This document shows, in pieces, positions 34,851-44,893 of a stretch of DNA of 64,000 bases. The notes beneath the pieces are model-generated. The model was not told the DNA's origin. It ran no database searches and was given only the letters and a program-made list of their open reading frames with translations. The stretch lies in contig DASSZE010000071.1 of the NCBI GenBank assembly GCA_035713675.1, positions 20,463 through 84,462 on the forward strand, written 5' to 3'. Positions within the stretch are counted from its first letter, which is position 1, and the number at the start of each line of letters is the position of its first letter. A program made the position numbers and the translations under genes. The DNA is from Gaiellaceae bacterium. Its GTDB lineage: Bacteria > Actinomycetota > Thermoleophilia > Gaiellales > Gaiellaceae.

Positions 34851-35525
34851 CGTCCCGTCGCTCGCGACCTCGCGGCCCTGCTCCGTCAGGCGCCGGCGCA
34901 CGAGGAACTGGAACGTCGACCACGCGCCGCGTCGCGCGTCGAACATCCGGTAGACCTGCCACTCCGTCAGGAGCGATTCGTCCTTCCTCCGGGCGGCGGC
35001 CCAGTCGGCGAACTTCGGCAGGCGGCCCAGCTTCTCCGCGAGCGCGACTCCCTGGTCGACGGCTCGCTCGAGCCGCTCCTCCCCCACCGGCACGTCGAAA
35101 CCGGCCTCCCGCAGCGCGTTCGTCAGCGAGCCGAACGTGTGCCAGTAGAGCGACTTGGACGGCAGCCGGCCCTTGTGCTCGTCGATGTCGCGGGCCGTCG
35201 GCGGGCGTCCGAGCTCGTCACCGAGCGAGCGCAGCAGGCCGAGCAGCTCCTCGCGCGTCGCGAACCGGCGAGGCACGAGGCCGGCGGCGCGCTTCGCCGC
35301 GTTCCACGAACCGAAGTGCTCGATCACGGTCTGCGGGTGCACCGCCGTCCCGGGGTCGGCCGCGAACTCGCGCATCGTCGGTGAGCGGCCCAGCCGCTCG
35401 GCGCAGGCGACGATCTCGGCCACGATCTGCTCGTCCGTGTAGCGCTTGCGGATCCCCGCCTGGAACTTCGCGAGCTCCTCCGGATCGATCGAGGCGAGCG
35501 CCCGATAGCGGGGCTTCTCGGCCAT
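34839..35525 (-). CDS. protein built of three homing-endonuclease-associated (HNH_repeat-like) repeats
   Basis: Three ~50-aa units of the form LGRxPTxxEF......FGSWNxAxRxAG: ERLGRSPTMREF..HFGSWNAAKRAAGL; ELGRPPTARDI..TFGSLTNALREAGF; KLGRLPKFADW..RRGAWSTF. No nuclease domain. Confidence 0.7.
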   Translation of the reverse strand: MAEKPRYRALASIDPEELAKFQAGIRKRYTDEQIVAEIVACAERLGRSPTMREFAADPGTAVHPQTVIEHFGSWNAAKRAAGLVPRRFATREELLGLLRSLGDELGRPPTARDIDEHKGRLPSKSLYWHTFGSLTNALREAGFDVPVGEERLERAVDQGVALAEKLGRLPKFADWAAARRKDESLLTEWQVYRMFDARRGAWSTFQFLVRRRLTEQGREVASDGTLRG

Positions 35526-35598
35526 GTCAATAATTTTAGAGCAGGTTGAGCATTCCGCAAGTAGTCCCGCGCAGCCCTGTCTTGACTACGCTCGCGCG

Positions 35599-36975
35599 AT
35601 GCGTGCCCGCCCCCCACTCGCGCTCGAGATCGCCGCCGCTCGCGGCGTGGCTGCGCTCTCCCGCCGGGTGGGTACCGGCGGCGGCACGACGATCCCGGGG
35701 AAGCTGCTCGCCCAGCTCGATCCCGGAGCGATCGACCGGCTCGCGGCCCGTCTGGCGGATGGGACCGCGGTCGTCTCCGCCACCAACGGGAAGACGACGA
35801 CCTCGGCGATGGCGGCCGAGATCCTGAAGCCGCGCCGCCGGCTCGCCCACAATGCGGCCGGGGCGAATCTCGTCTCGGGCGTCGCCTCCGCCCTCCTCGC
35901 GGAGCCCGATGCCGAGCTCGGGCTGTTCGAGGTGGACGAGGCCGCGCTGCCCGAGCTCCTGCACCGGCTGCGGCCGCGCGCGGTCTGTCTCGGCAACCTG
36001 TTCCGCGACCAGCTCGACCGTTACGGCGAGCTCGAGCTGGTGGCCGAGCGCTGGCGGAATGCTGCCGGCGAGCTGTCCGAAGACACGACGCTCGTGTTCA
36101 ACGCCGACGACCCGCAGATCGCAGCCGTCGCCGAGGCCCATCCGCAAGGCGTCGCCTTCGGGCTCGACGATCCGCGCGTCGCACGGCCGGCGCTGCAGCA
36201 CGCGGCCGACTCGAAGTACTGCGTGCGCTGCGGGACGCCGTACGACTACGCCGCCGCGTACGTCGGCCATCTCGGCGAGTACCGCTGCCCCCGCGGACAC
36301 CACGAGCGGCCGCCGCTGGAGATCGCCGGGCGGGACATCGCCCTCGACGGCCTCGAGGGCGCGTCTTTCCGCCTGGACACGCCCGAAGGCTCGCGGCCGG
36401 TCGAGCTCCGGCTCCCGGGCCTCTACAACGTCTACAACGCGGTGGCGGCTGCCTCGCTCGCCCGGGCGCTCGGCGCATCGCTCGACGAGATCGCGGCGGG
36501 TCTCGGCCGCTTCTCCGCGGCGTTCGGCCGCTTCGAGCGCATCGCCGTGGGCGACAAGCACGTCCTGCTGCTCCTGATCAAGAACCCGGCCGGCGCGAAC
36601 GAGGCGGTGCGCACGCTCGTCGACGGCGGAGCGCCGCGCGTGCTCGTCGCGGCGCTCAACGACGAGATCGCCGACGGACGCGACGTCTCGTGGATCTGGG
36701 ACGTCGACTTCGAGCCGCTGCTACCGGGACTCGAACGGCTCGTCGCCGGCGGTGGCCGGGCGGCCGAGCTCGCGCTCCGTTTCCGCTACGGCGGGCTCGA
36801 CGAGCATGCGATCGAGCTCGAGCCCGACCTCGGCTCGGCGCTCGACCGCGGCCTCGAGCTGACGCCGCCCGGCGGCGAGCTCGTGCTCCTCCCCACCTAC
36901 ACCGCGATGCTCGGCCTGCAGCGCCTGCTCGCGGAGCGGGGCCTCGCCCGGCCGTACTGGGAGCGCGCCGGATGA
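35599..36975 (+). CDS. murT: lipid II isoglutaminyl synthase, Mur-ligase-like subunit
   Basis: ..ATNGKTTT.., a Cys4 ribbon CVRCG...CPRGH, and a C-terminal DUF1727-like part. ATG 35599 was chosen because 35524-35598 is AT-rich intergenic-looking sequence. Confidence 0.88.
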   Translation: MRARPPLALEIAAARGVAALSRRVGTGGGTTIPGKLLAQLDPGAIDRLAARLADGTAVVSATNGKTTTSAMAAEILKPRRRLAHNAAGANLVSGVASALLAEPDAELGLFEVDEAALPELLHRLRPRAVCLGNLFRDQLDRYGELELVAERWRNAAGELSEDTTLVFNADDPQIAAVAEAHPQGVAFGLDDPRVARPALQHAADSKYCVRCGTPYDYAAAYVGHLGEYRCPRGHHERPPLEIAGRDIALDGLEGASFRLDTPEGSRPVELRLPGLYNVYNAVAAASLARALGASLDEIAAGLGRFSAAFGRFERIAVGDKHVLLLLIKNPAGANEAVRTLVDGGAPRVLVAALNDEIADGRDVSWIWDVDFEPLLPGLERLVAGGGRAAELALRFRYGGLDEHAIELEPDLGSALDRGLELTPPGGELVLLPTYTAMLGLQRLLAERGLARPYWERAG

Positions 36976-37727
36976 CCGCGATCCGGGTCGGCCACCTGTA
37001 TCCCGACTACCTCAACATCTACGCCGACCGCGGCAACATCGCGGTGCTCTCGAGACGGGCGGCGTGGCGCGGCCACGAGCTCGAGGTGACGGCGCTCGGG
37101 ATGGACGACGACATCGTGCCGGGCGCGCACGACCTCTACTACGTCGGCGGGGGCCAGGATCGGGAGCAGGTGCTCGTCGCGGACAACCTCGCCGGGAAGG
37201 CGGAGCCGCTGCACGAGGCGATCGCCGCGGGCGCGGCGGCGCTCGCGGTCTGCGGCGGCTACCAGCTCCTCGGCCGCGGCTATCGCGGCTTCCACGGCGA
37301 GGACATACCGGGCATCGGCCTGCTGCCGCTCGAGACCGTCGCAGGCGAGCGGCGCATGATCGGCGACGTGCTGATCGAGTGCGAGCTCGAGCCCGGCCGG
37401 AAGCGGACGCTCGCCGGCTTCGAGAACCACGCCGGCCGCACACGGCTAGATCCGGGCGCAGAGCCGCTCGGACGTGTCCTGGCGGGGTTCGGCAACGACG
37501 GCGAGAGCGGCTTCGAAGGCTGCCGTGCCGGACGCGTCGTCGGCACCTATCTCCACGGGCCGCTTCTGCCCCGCAACTCCTGGCTCGCCGACTGGCTGCT
37601 CGAGCAGGCGCTCGCGCACCGCCTCGGTGCCGAGCCGCAGGAGCTCGAGCCACTACCCGACGAGCTCGAGAGCCGCGCGCACGAGGTCTCCGCCGGACGG
37701 GCCCGTGCCCGCGGCGGCCGGCGCTAG
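36972..37727 (+). CDS. gatD: lipid II isoglutaminyl synthase, glutaminase subunit
   Basis: CobB/CobQ-type GATase with ..AVCGGYQLLG.. (Cys nucleophile) and ..YLHGPLLPRN... ATGA overlap with murT. Confidence 0.88.
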   Translation: MTAIRVGHLYPDYLNIYADRGNIAVLSRRAAWRGHELEVTALGMDDDIVPGAHDLYYVGGGQDREQVLVADNLAGKAEPLHEAIAAGAAALAVCGGYQLLGRGYRGFHGEDIPGIGLLPLETVAGERRMIGDVLIECELEPGRKRTLAGFENHAGRTRLDPGAEPLGRVLAGFGNDGESGFEGCRAGRVVGTYLHGPLLPRNSWLADWLLEQALAHRLGAEPQELEPLPDELESRAHEVSAGRARARGGRR

Positions 37728-38917
37728 CCGGACCGGGCGACCTTCAGCACTTTCTGGACGGCGACGCGGAGCGGCTCGGGCACGTCGCCGTTGCCGCGGT
37801 AGCGCTGCCACGCCTTCTGCGGCTTGCGGCCGCGGGTGCTCGCCCGCAAGCCCGACACCGTCTCGAAGTCGGGGGTGAGCAGGACGGTGCGCCTGCTGCC
37901 GGCGACCTCCCGGATCTGGCGGTTGACGATCCGCTCGGACTCGACCGGGCGGCTGCCGCGCGGCGCGTCGCGGTCGTGCACAACGACGTACGGGACGTTG
38001 CAGGCGTTACAGATCCGCGCGAAGAGCGTCATGTTGCCCTTGCCGCCGCACTCGAGCACCAGGATCCCCTCCTTGTCGGGCTCGACGCCGAGCGCGTCGA
38101 AGACGAGCGGGAACGTCATCTTCTCGGTCCGCCCCTCGACGAGAACCGCGCAGCGGGCGAGGAAGAGCTCGGCCCGATCGCTGTCGAACTCCGAGAGCGC
38201 GCGGAAGCTCTCGGCCTCCGCGAGCGGGTCGGGCTGGAAGAGCGACGTCCCACCGATCGGCGTGTGGCGGACGAGCGCGAGCTCCTCGAGCTTGTCGACG
38301 CTGAGGAAGACCGGAGCATGCGTCGAGTAGAGGATCTGGTTCCCCGCCTGCGCGAGCGCGCGCAGGAGCCCGTACAGATGGCGCTGCGCGTGCGGGCTGA
38401 GGTAGAGCTCGGGCTCCTCGATCAGGAGCACGAAGTGGCGAAGGTTCGACGCGAGCAGCCGCTCCATGCCGGCGACGAGCGCGAGTCCGCCGTCGGCGGC
38501 CGCCCAGTGGCGGTCGACAAGCGGCGGCTGCAGCAGCTCGGCCACCTCCGAGGCGCCGTGCCCCGTCGCCGGCGCGACCATCGTCCGCGAGCGCAGGTTC
38601 GCCGGCAGGAAGAGCACCGGCGGAGCACCGGCGCGGTTGAGGTTCAGCGTGTCCGGAGGCTTCGCGTCGAGGAAGATCATGCCCTTCGCAAGGTCGGCCT
38701 CGAGCTTGATCCGACCGCCGGCGCCGTCGCGGGCGACGTCGTCGATCGTCGGCGGCGGCGCCGCCGCTTCGAGCAGCGTCCAGATCGCCGTCAGCACCGT
38801 CGACTTCCCGCTGGAGGCTTCCCCGACCAGCGCGCAGACCGAGCCGGGCGCGAACTCGAGCTCGCGGGCCGCACGGTAGCCCTGGATCGAGACGCGCCTG
38901 AGCGGAGGCGTGCTCAC
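37724..38917 (-). CDS. OLD-family-like ATPase-TOPRIM nuclease (compact, 397 aa)
   Basis: Walker A GEASSGKST, Walker B VLLIEEPELYLSP, H-loop YSTHAP. TOPRIM elements VLVEGRTEK, ECGGKGN, VVVHDRD. The GTG start overlaps the NUDIX stop (GTGA). Confidence 0.8.
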   Translation of the reverse strand: MSTPPLRRVSIQGYRAARELEFAPGSVCALVGEASSGKSTVLTAIWTLLEAAAPPPTIDDVARDGAGGRIKLEADLAKGMIFLDAKPPDTLNLNRAGAPPVLFLPANLRSRTMVAPATGHGASEVAELLQPPLVDRHWAAADGGLALVAGMERLLASNLRHFVLLIEEPELYLSPHAQRHLYGLLRALAQAGNQILYSTHAPVFLSVDKLEELALVRHTPIGGTSLFQPDPLAEAESFRALSEFDSDRAELFLARCAVLVEGRTEKMTFPLVFDALGVEPDKEGILVLECGGKGNMTLFARICNACNVPYVVVHDRDAPRGSRPVESERIVNRQIREVAGSRRTVLLTPDFETVSGLRASTRGRKPQKAWQRYRGNGDVPEPLRVAVQKVLKVARSG

Positions 38918-39375
38918 GGCGCCCAGAGCGCTCCGAGGTAGACGGCCGGGTCGCCGGGCTCCCAGCGCGCGAGGAAGCGCTGGAGCGGCGGGTGGAGCAC
39001 GATCCCGTCGAGGTCGTTGGGGTCGAACAGCCGATGCCCCTGGACGGCGGCGTCCGTCGAGGTCACGCGCTCGAGCGAGCGGCCGGAGAGGTCGGCGGCG
39101 AAGATGATGTGGACGACGTGCTTCCCGACGAACGCCCGCCTGGGAGCGATCGAGTCCACGACCGCGACCGGCCCCTCGAAGGTGAGGTCGTCGCTGATCC
39201 CCACCTCCTCCTCGAGCTCCCGACGCAGCGCGTCGACGAGGCTCTCGCCGCTGTTGACGCCGCCGCCGGGCAGCAGCCAGTAATCGCCGCGGCCCGACTT
39301 CGCGTGCCGGCAGAGCAGCACCCGGCCCTCCCAGCGGAGGACGGCGGAGACCCGGATGCGCGGCTCGAGCGGCAT
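38914..39375 (-). CDS. NUDIX hydrolase
   Basis: Nudix box GGGVNSGESLVDALRRELEEEVG. The ATG shares 1 nt with the dut stop. Confidence 0.88.
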   Translation of the reverse strand: MPLEPRIRVSAVLRWEGRVLLCRHAKSGRGDYWLLPGGGVNSGESLVDALRRELEEEVGISDDLTFEGPVAVVDSIAPRRAFVGKHVVHIIFAADLSGRSLERVTSTDAAVQGHRLFDPNDLDGIVLHPPLQRFLARWEPGDPAVYLGALWAP

Positions 39376-39809
39376 CAGTGCGCGGAGCTGCCGAAGCCCC
39401 GCTCGCCGCGCTCGCTCGCGGGCAGCTCGTCCACCTCGACGAGCTCGAGCGGCGGCACGGCGAGGACGACGAGCTGCGCGATCCGCATCCCCGGCTCGAC
39501 GACGAACGGCTCCTCGCGGTCGGTGTTGAGGAGCACGACCTTCAGCTCGCCGCGATAGCCGGAGTCGACGAGGCCCGGCGAGTTCACGACCGCGATGCCG
39601 TGCTTCGCCGCGAGCCCGGAGCGCGGCTGGACGAAGCCCGCGTGGCCGGCGGGAATCGCGACCGCGAGGCCGGTGCCGACCACCGCGCGCGCTCCCGGGG
39701 CGAGCTCGACCCGTTCGGCCGCGGCGAGATCGAGCCCCGCATCCCCGGGATAGGCACGCGCCGGGACGACCGCCTCGCCGTGGAGACGCAGGAGCGGGAG
39801 CTCGGTCAT
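39375..39809 (-). CDS. dut: dUTP diphosphatase
   Basis: 144 aa from the internal ATG 39809. ..AGLDL.., ..VNSPGLVDSGYRGEL.., ..RGERGFGSS. Confidence 0.95.
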   Translation of the reverse strand: MTELPLLRLHGEAVVPARAYPGDAGLDLAAAERVELAPGARAVVGTGLAVAIPAGHAGFVQPRSGLAAKHGIAVVNSPGLVDSGYRGELKVVLLNTDREEPFVVEPGMRIAQLVVLAVPPLELVEVDELPASERGERGFGSSAH

Positions 39810-41137
39810 TTCGCCTTCCGCCGCCGTTCCGGGGCCGCCTCGGCCACGAGGTAGAGCGCGTAGCGGTGGAGCTCGCGGCGCGGCAGGCGCGCCACGACCA
39901 GGACGCCCTCCGGCGTATCCTCGCGCTGCTCGATCGGCGCGCCGAGCGCGTAGAGCTCGTTCAGCCGCGCCCCGTCCTCGTACGGCAGCAGCAGCCGCAC
40001 CCGTTCGAATCGCTCGCCGAAGCGCTCGGCGATCCGCGCCCGCAGCTCCTTGAGCCCCTCGCCGGTGAGCGCGGAGATCTGGACTGCCTCGGGATAGCGG
40101 TTCGCGAGCCGGCGGCGGCCCAGCGTGTCGACGGCGTCGATCTTGTTGACGACGAGCTCGACCGGAAGCTCTGTCGCGCCGATCTCGCGCAGGACCAAGT
40201 CGACCGCGGCGATCTGCTCGACGAGCGTCTCCGGGGACGCCGACCCGTCGACGACGTGCAGGATGAGGTCGGCGACGAGCGTCTCCTCGAGTGTCGCGGC
40301 GAAGCCCTCGACCAGCTGGTGCGGCAGGCGCCGGACGAAGCCCACGGTGTCGGTGACGAGATAGCGGCGGCCCTCGTGCTCGAAGCCGCGCGTCGTCGGA
40401 TCGAGTGTCTCGAACAGACGGTCGCGCACCGAGACGCCCGCATCGGTCAGCGCGTTGAGGAGCGTCGACTTCCCCGCGTTCGTGTAGCCCGCGAGCGCGA
40501 CCGTCGGCGTCTCGCTGCGGCGGCGCTCCTTGCGTCGGACGTCGCGCTGGCGACTCAGCTTGCGGAGCCGTGCCCGAAGCAGCGTGATACGACGGCGCGC
40601 GAGGCGGCGGTCGGTCTCGAGCTGCGACTCGCCCGGGCCGCGCGTCCCGACGCCGGCACCGAGGCCGCCCGTGCCGCCGCCGAGACGCTCGAGGTGCTGC
40701 CACATCCCCCGCATTCGCGGCAGGTTGTACTCGAGCTGCGCGAGCTCGACCTGGAGCTTGCCCTCGGCGCTCACTGCGTGCTGGGCGAAGATGTCGAGGA
40801 TCAGCTGCGTCCGGTCGACGACCCGCGCCTGGAGCGCGTTCTCGAGCGTCCGCTGCTGCGCCGGGCTGAGCTCGTCGTCGACGACGAGCACCTCGGCGGC
40901 GGCGGCGCCGTAGGCCTGCTTCAGCTCCTCGAGCTTGCCCTTGCCCACGTACGTCCGCGAGTCGGGCTGCCGCCGGTGCTGGACGACCTGGGCGACAGGC
41001 TCGACGCCGGCGGTGCGCGCGAGCTCCTCGAGCTCGGCGAGCTCGTCCGCGCCGTCGACGCCGGGTGCGAGCACGGCGAGCACGAGCCCACGCTCGGGCT
41101 CGGCCGCCCAGGAGCGATCGGGCTGTCTCGCCGTCAT
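39806..41137 (-). CDS. hflX: GTPase HflX
   Basis: 443 aa from the internal ATG 41137. HflX N-domain (..YVGKGKLEEL..), G1 GYTNAGKST, G3 DTVGF, G4 NKID. Confidence 0.95.
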   Translation of the reverse strand: MTARQPDRSWAAEPERGLVLAVLAPGVDGADELAELEELARTAGVEPVAQVVQHRRQPDSRTYVGKGKLEELKQAYGAAAAEVLVVDDELSPAQQRTLENALQARVVDRTQLILDIFAQHAVSAEGKLQVELAQLEYNLPRMRGMWQHLERLGGGTGGLGAGVGTRGPGESQLETDRRLARRRITLLRARLRKLSRQRDVRRKERRRSETPTVALAGYTNAGKSTLLNALTDAGVSVRDRLFETLDPTTRGFEHEGRRYLVTDTVGFVRRLPHQLVEGFAATLEETLVADLILHVVDGSASPETLVEQIAAVDLVLREIGATELPVELVVNKIDAVDTLGRRRLANRYPEAVQISALTGEGLKELRARIAERFGERFERVRLLLPYEDGARLNELYALGAPIEQREDTPEGVLVVARLPRRELHRYALYLVAEAAPERRRKAK

Positions 41138-41149
41138 CCGGCCGTCATT

Positions 41150-42237
41150 ATGACGCCAGCCGTGCCCGATCCCGATCTCGCCGCCCGGACGCTCGAGCTC
41201 GTCGACGTCCCGTCCGAGAGCCGCCAGGAGGCGGCCGCCATGGAGCTCGTCCGGAGCCTCCTGCCCGGCGAGCCGCTGTACGACGACGGCGACGCGATCG
41301 TCTGGGGAGACGCGACGGCGCCGGTCGTGCTCGCCGGGCACCTCGACACCGTCCCGGCGCAGGAGAACACGCCCGGCCGGATCGCCGACGGGGCCGTGCA
41401 CGGGCTCGGTGCGAGCGACATGAAGGGCGGCGTGGCCGTGATGCTCGAGCTCGCGCGCGCCGGCGCTCCGGGCCGGTACGTCTTCTTCACGCGGGAGGAG
41501 GTCGCGCTGCGCGAGAGCCCGCTGCCGGCCGTTTTCGCGAGCGGCGTGCTCGCCGGCGCCGAGCTCGCGGTCGTCCTCGAGCCGACCGACGCGATCCTCC
41601 ACGCGGGCTGCCTCGGCAACCTGCAGGCCGAGATCCTGTTCGAGGGCGAGAGCGCCCACTCCGCGCGGCCGTGGACGGGCCGGAACGCGATCCACGCGCT
41701 CGTCGAGGGCCTCATGCCGCTGGCGAGCCTCGCGCCGCTGGAGGTCGAGCTCGACGGGCTCGTGTACCGGGAGGTCGTGAGCGCGGTGCGCGTCGACGGC
41801 GGGATCGCGCAGAACGTCGTCCCGGCGCGGGCCACGGCCGAGCTCAACTTCCGCTTCGCGCCCGGCCGCTCGCCCGAGGAGGCGGAGGCGCGGCTGCGCG
41901 AGCTCGTGCCGGACGGCGAGCTGCGGGTGCTCCACAACTCCCCCTCCGCCCCACCCGCGCTCGGGAATCCGCTCGTCGAGCGTCTGCGGGAGCTCGTGAC
42001 CGAGGTCGCGCCGAAGCAGGCGTGGACGCCCGTCGCGCAGTTCGCCGAGCAGGGCATCGACGCGATCAACTACGGCCCCGGCGCGACGGCGTACGCGCAC
42101 CGGCAGGACGAGCAGATCCCGATCGCGAACCTGCACGCGGTGTACGACACGCTGGCTAGGTTCCTTGGGTGCGTAAGCTCGACAGAGTACCCCCAAGAGC
42201 GAAGGGGCCGGCTTGGCCGGCGCCGGGAGCGGGGAAC

Positions 42238-42241
<4 letters not shown>
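41150..42241 (+). CDS. dapE: succinyl-diaminopimelate desuccinylase (M20 family)
   Basis: 363 aa from the internal ATG 41150. ..LAGHLDTVP.., ..GASDMKGG.., ..EPTD... Confidence 0.88.
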
Positions 42242-43337
<1,096 letters not shown>

Positions 43338-43341
<4 letters not shown>

Positions 43342-44078
43342 GCGTCGACGAGACGATCGCGGCTCTCGACCGCGGCGAGGTGCGGGTCGCCGAGAAGCTC
43401 GACGGCGAGTGGCGCGTGAACGAGGAGGCGAAGGCCGCGATCCTCGAGTACTTCCGCGTCCGCAAGGTCGAGCCGATCGAGGTCGGGCCGTTCGAGTACC
43501 TCGACAAGATCCCGCTCAAGCACGACCACGCCGAGCGCGGCGTGCGCGTCGTGCCGCCGGCGACCGCGCGCTACGGCTCGTTCCTCTCCCCCGGCGTGAT
43601 CCTCATGCCGAGCTACGTCAACATCGGCGCCTGGGTCGGGCCGAACACGATGGTCGACACGTGGGCGACGGTCGGGTCTTGTGCGCAGATCGGCGCCGAC
43701 GTCCACCTCGCGGGCGGCGTGGGAATCGGCGGCGTCCTCGAGCCGGTCAACGCCCGCCCGGTGATCGTCGAGGACGGCGCGTTCATCGGCTCACGCTGCA
43801 TCGTGACCGAGGGCTGCATCGTCGGCGAGCAGGCGATCCTCGGCGCCGGCGTCGTGATCACCGCCTCGGTGCCGATCATCGACGTGACGGGCGAGGAGCC
43901 GGTCGAGCATCGCGGCGCCGTGCCGCCCGGCGCGGTCGTCGTCCCGGGCGTGCGGGAGCGCGAGTTCCCGGCGGGGAGCTACGGCCTGCCGACGCCGCTG
44001 ATCGTCGGCTGGCGGGACGAGTCCCACGACCGGATGTCGCTGAACGACGTCCTGCGCGAGTTCGAGATCGGCACCTGA
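43338..44078 (+). CDS. dapD: tetrahydrodipicolinate N-succinyltransferase
   Basis: GTG 43338 overlaps the upstream stop (GTGA). ..MPSYVNIGAWVG.. plus hexapeptide repeats. Confidence 0.9.
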
Positions 44079-44212
44079 CGTTCGTAGCCGAGGCAGAGCT
44101 GGACGAGGGGCAGCGCGGAGGCGTCCGAGCCGTACATCAGCGGCTCACCGGATCCGAGCAGACCGTCGAGCGACTCGATTCCTTCGTGGAGCCGCAGCAC
44201 GCGCCGCGCACC

Positions 44213-44893
44213 TCACGGCTCGAGCGGCTCCGCCGGGCCGGTGAGCCAGGCCCAGCCGCCGGCGAGCCGAACCCGCAGGTCGCCGCCGGGGAAGTGCACG
44301 AGAACCTCTCCCTCGGGATGCGTCGCGGCCGCAACCGCGACGGCGCTCGTTCCGGACGCGGCCGTCTCCCCCACGCCGCGCTCCCAGACGCGCGCCGTCA
44401 CCTCGCCCGGGCGCTCGAGACGCACGACCTGCACGTTCGTCCGCTCCGGAAAGCGTCGATGGGTCTCGAGCCGTGGGCCGAGCTCGTCGATCCGCTCCGG
44501 ATCGTCCACCACCACGGCGTGAGGGTTCCCGACCGAGACCGGCGTCAGCTCGATGCCGTCCACCACTTCGGAAGCGCCGACCTCGACCGGCCCGAGCTCC
44601 GACTCGTACAGGCCGTCCTCCGTCCGCCGGACGTCCACCGTTCGCGGGCCGACGTGGACACGGGCCTGCGCCGAGCCGGTGCGACCCATCAGCCACGCGG
44701 CCGCGATACGCGTCCCGTTGCCGGACATCTCGGCGTGCGAGCCGTCCGGGTTCAGGATCCCGATCGTGACGTCGTCGCCGTCCACGGCGAGCACCTCGAC
44801 GACGCCGTCCGTGCCGACCGCGTCGGCGGCGGACGCCGGCCCCTCACGGACGAGATAGACGTTCCCGTGTGCGTGCCAGCGCGACGATCTCAG
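44213..44893 (-). CDS. dapF: diaminopimelate epimerase homologue with Ser at both catalytic Cys positions
   Basis: SVGNPHAVV, ETHRRFPERTNV, WERGVGET. The track ORF starts at GTG 44794, but the frame is open upstream and homologous to the DapF N-terminus as far as CTG 44893. The start is unresolved and this could be a decaying gene. Confidence 0.65.
   Translation of the reverse strand: MRSSRWHAHGNVYLVREGPASAADAVGTDGVVEVLAVDGDDVTIGILNPDGSHAEMSGNGTRIAAAWLMGRTGSAQARVHVGPRTVDVRRTEDGLYESELGPVEVGASEVVDGIELTPVSVGNPHAVVVDDPERIDELGPRLETHRRFPERTNVQVVRLERPGEVTARVWERGVGETAASGTSAVAVAAATHPEGEVLVHFPGGDLRVRLAGGWAWLTGPAEPLEP

Noticed and set aside
35587-35601. Leaderless murT mRNA from a TACGCT -10-like hexamer 6 nt upstream of ATG 35599.
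   Set aside because: No matching -35 lies at the right spacing, and the hexamer is a weak match. This stays speculation until a TSS is mapped.
43979-44200. 73-aa minus-strand ORF filling the 134-nt dapD/dapF convergent spacer, possibly a gene remnant.
   Set aside because: It has no recognisable motif. Most of it is antisense to the dapD 3' end. There is no SD.
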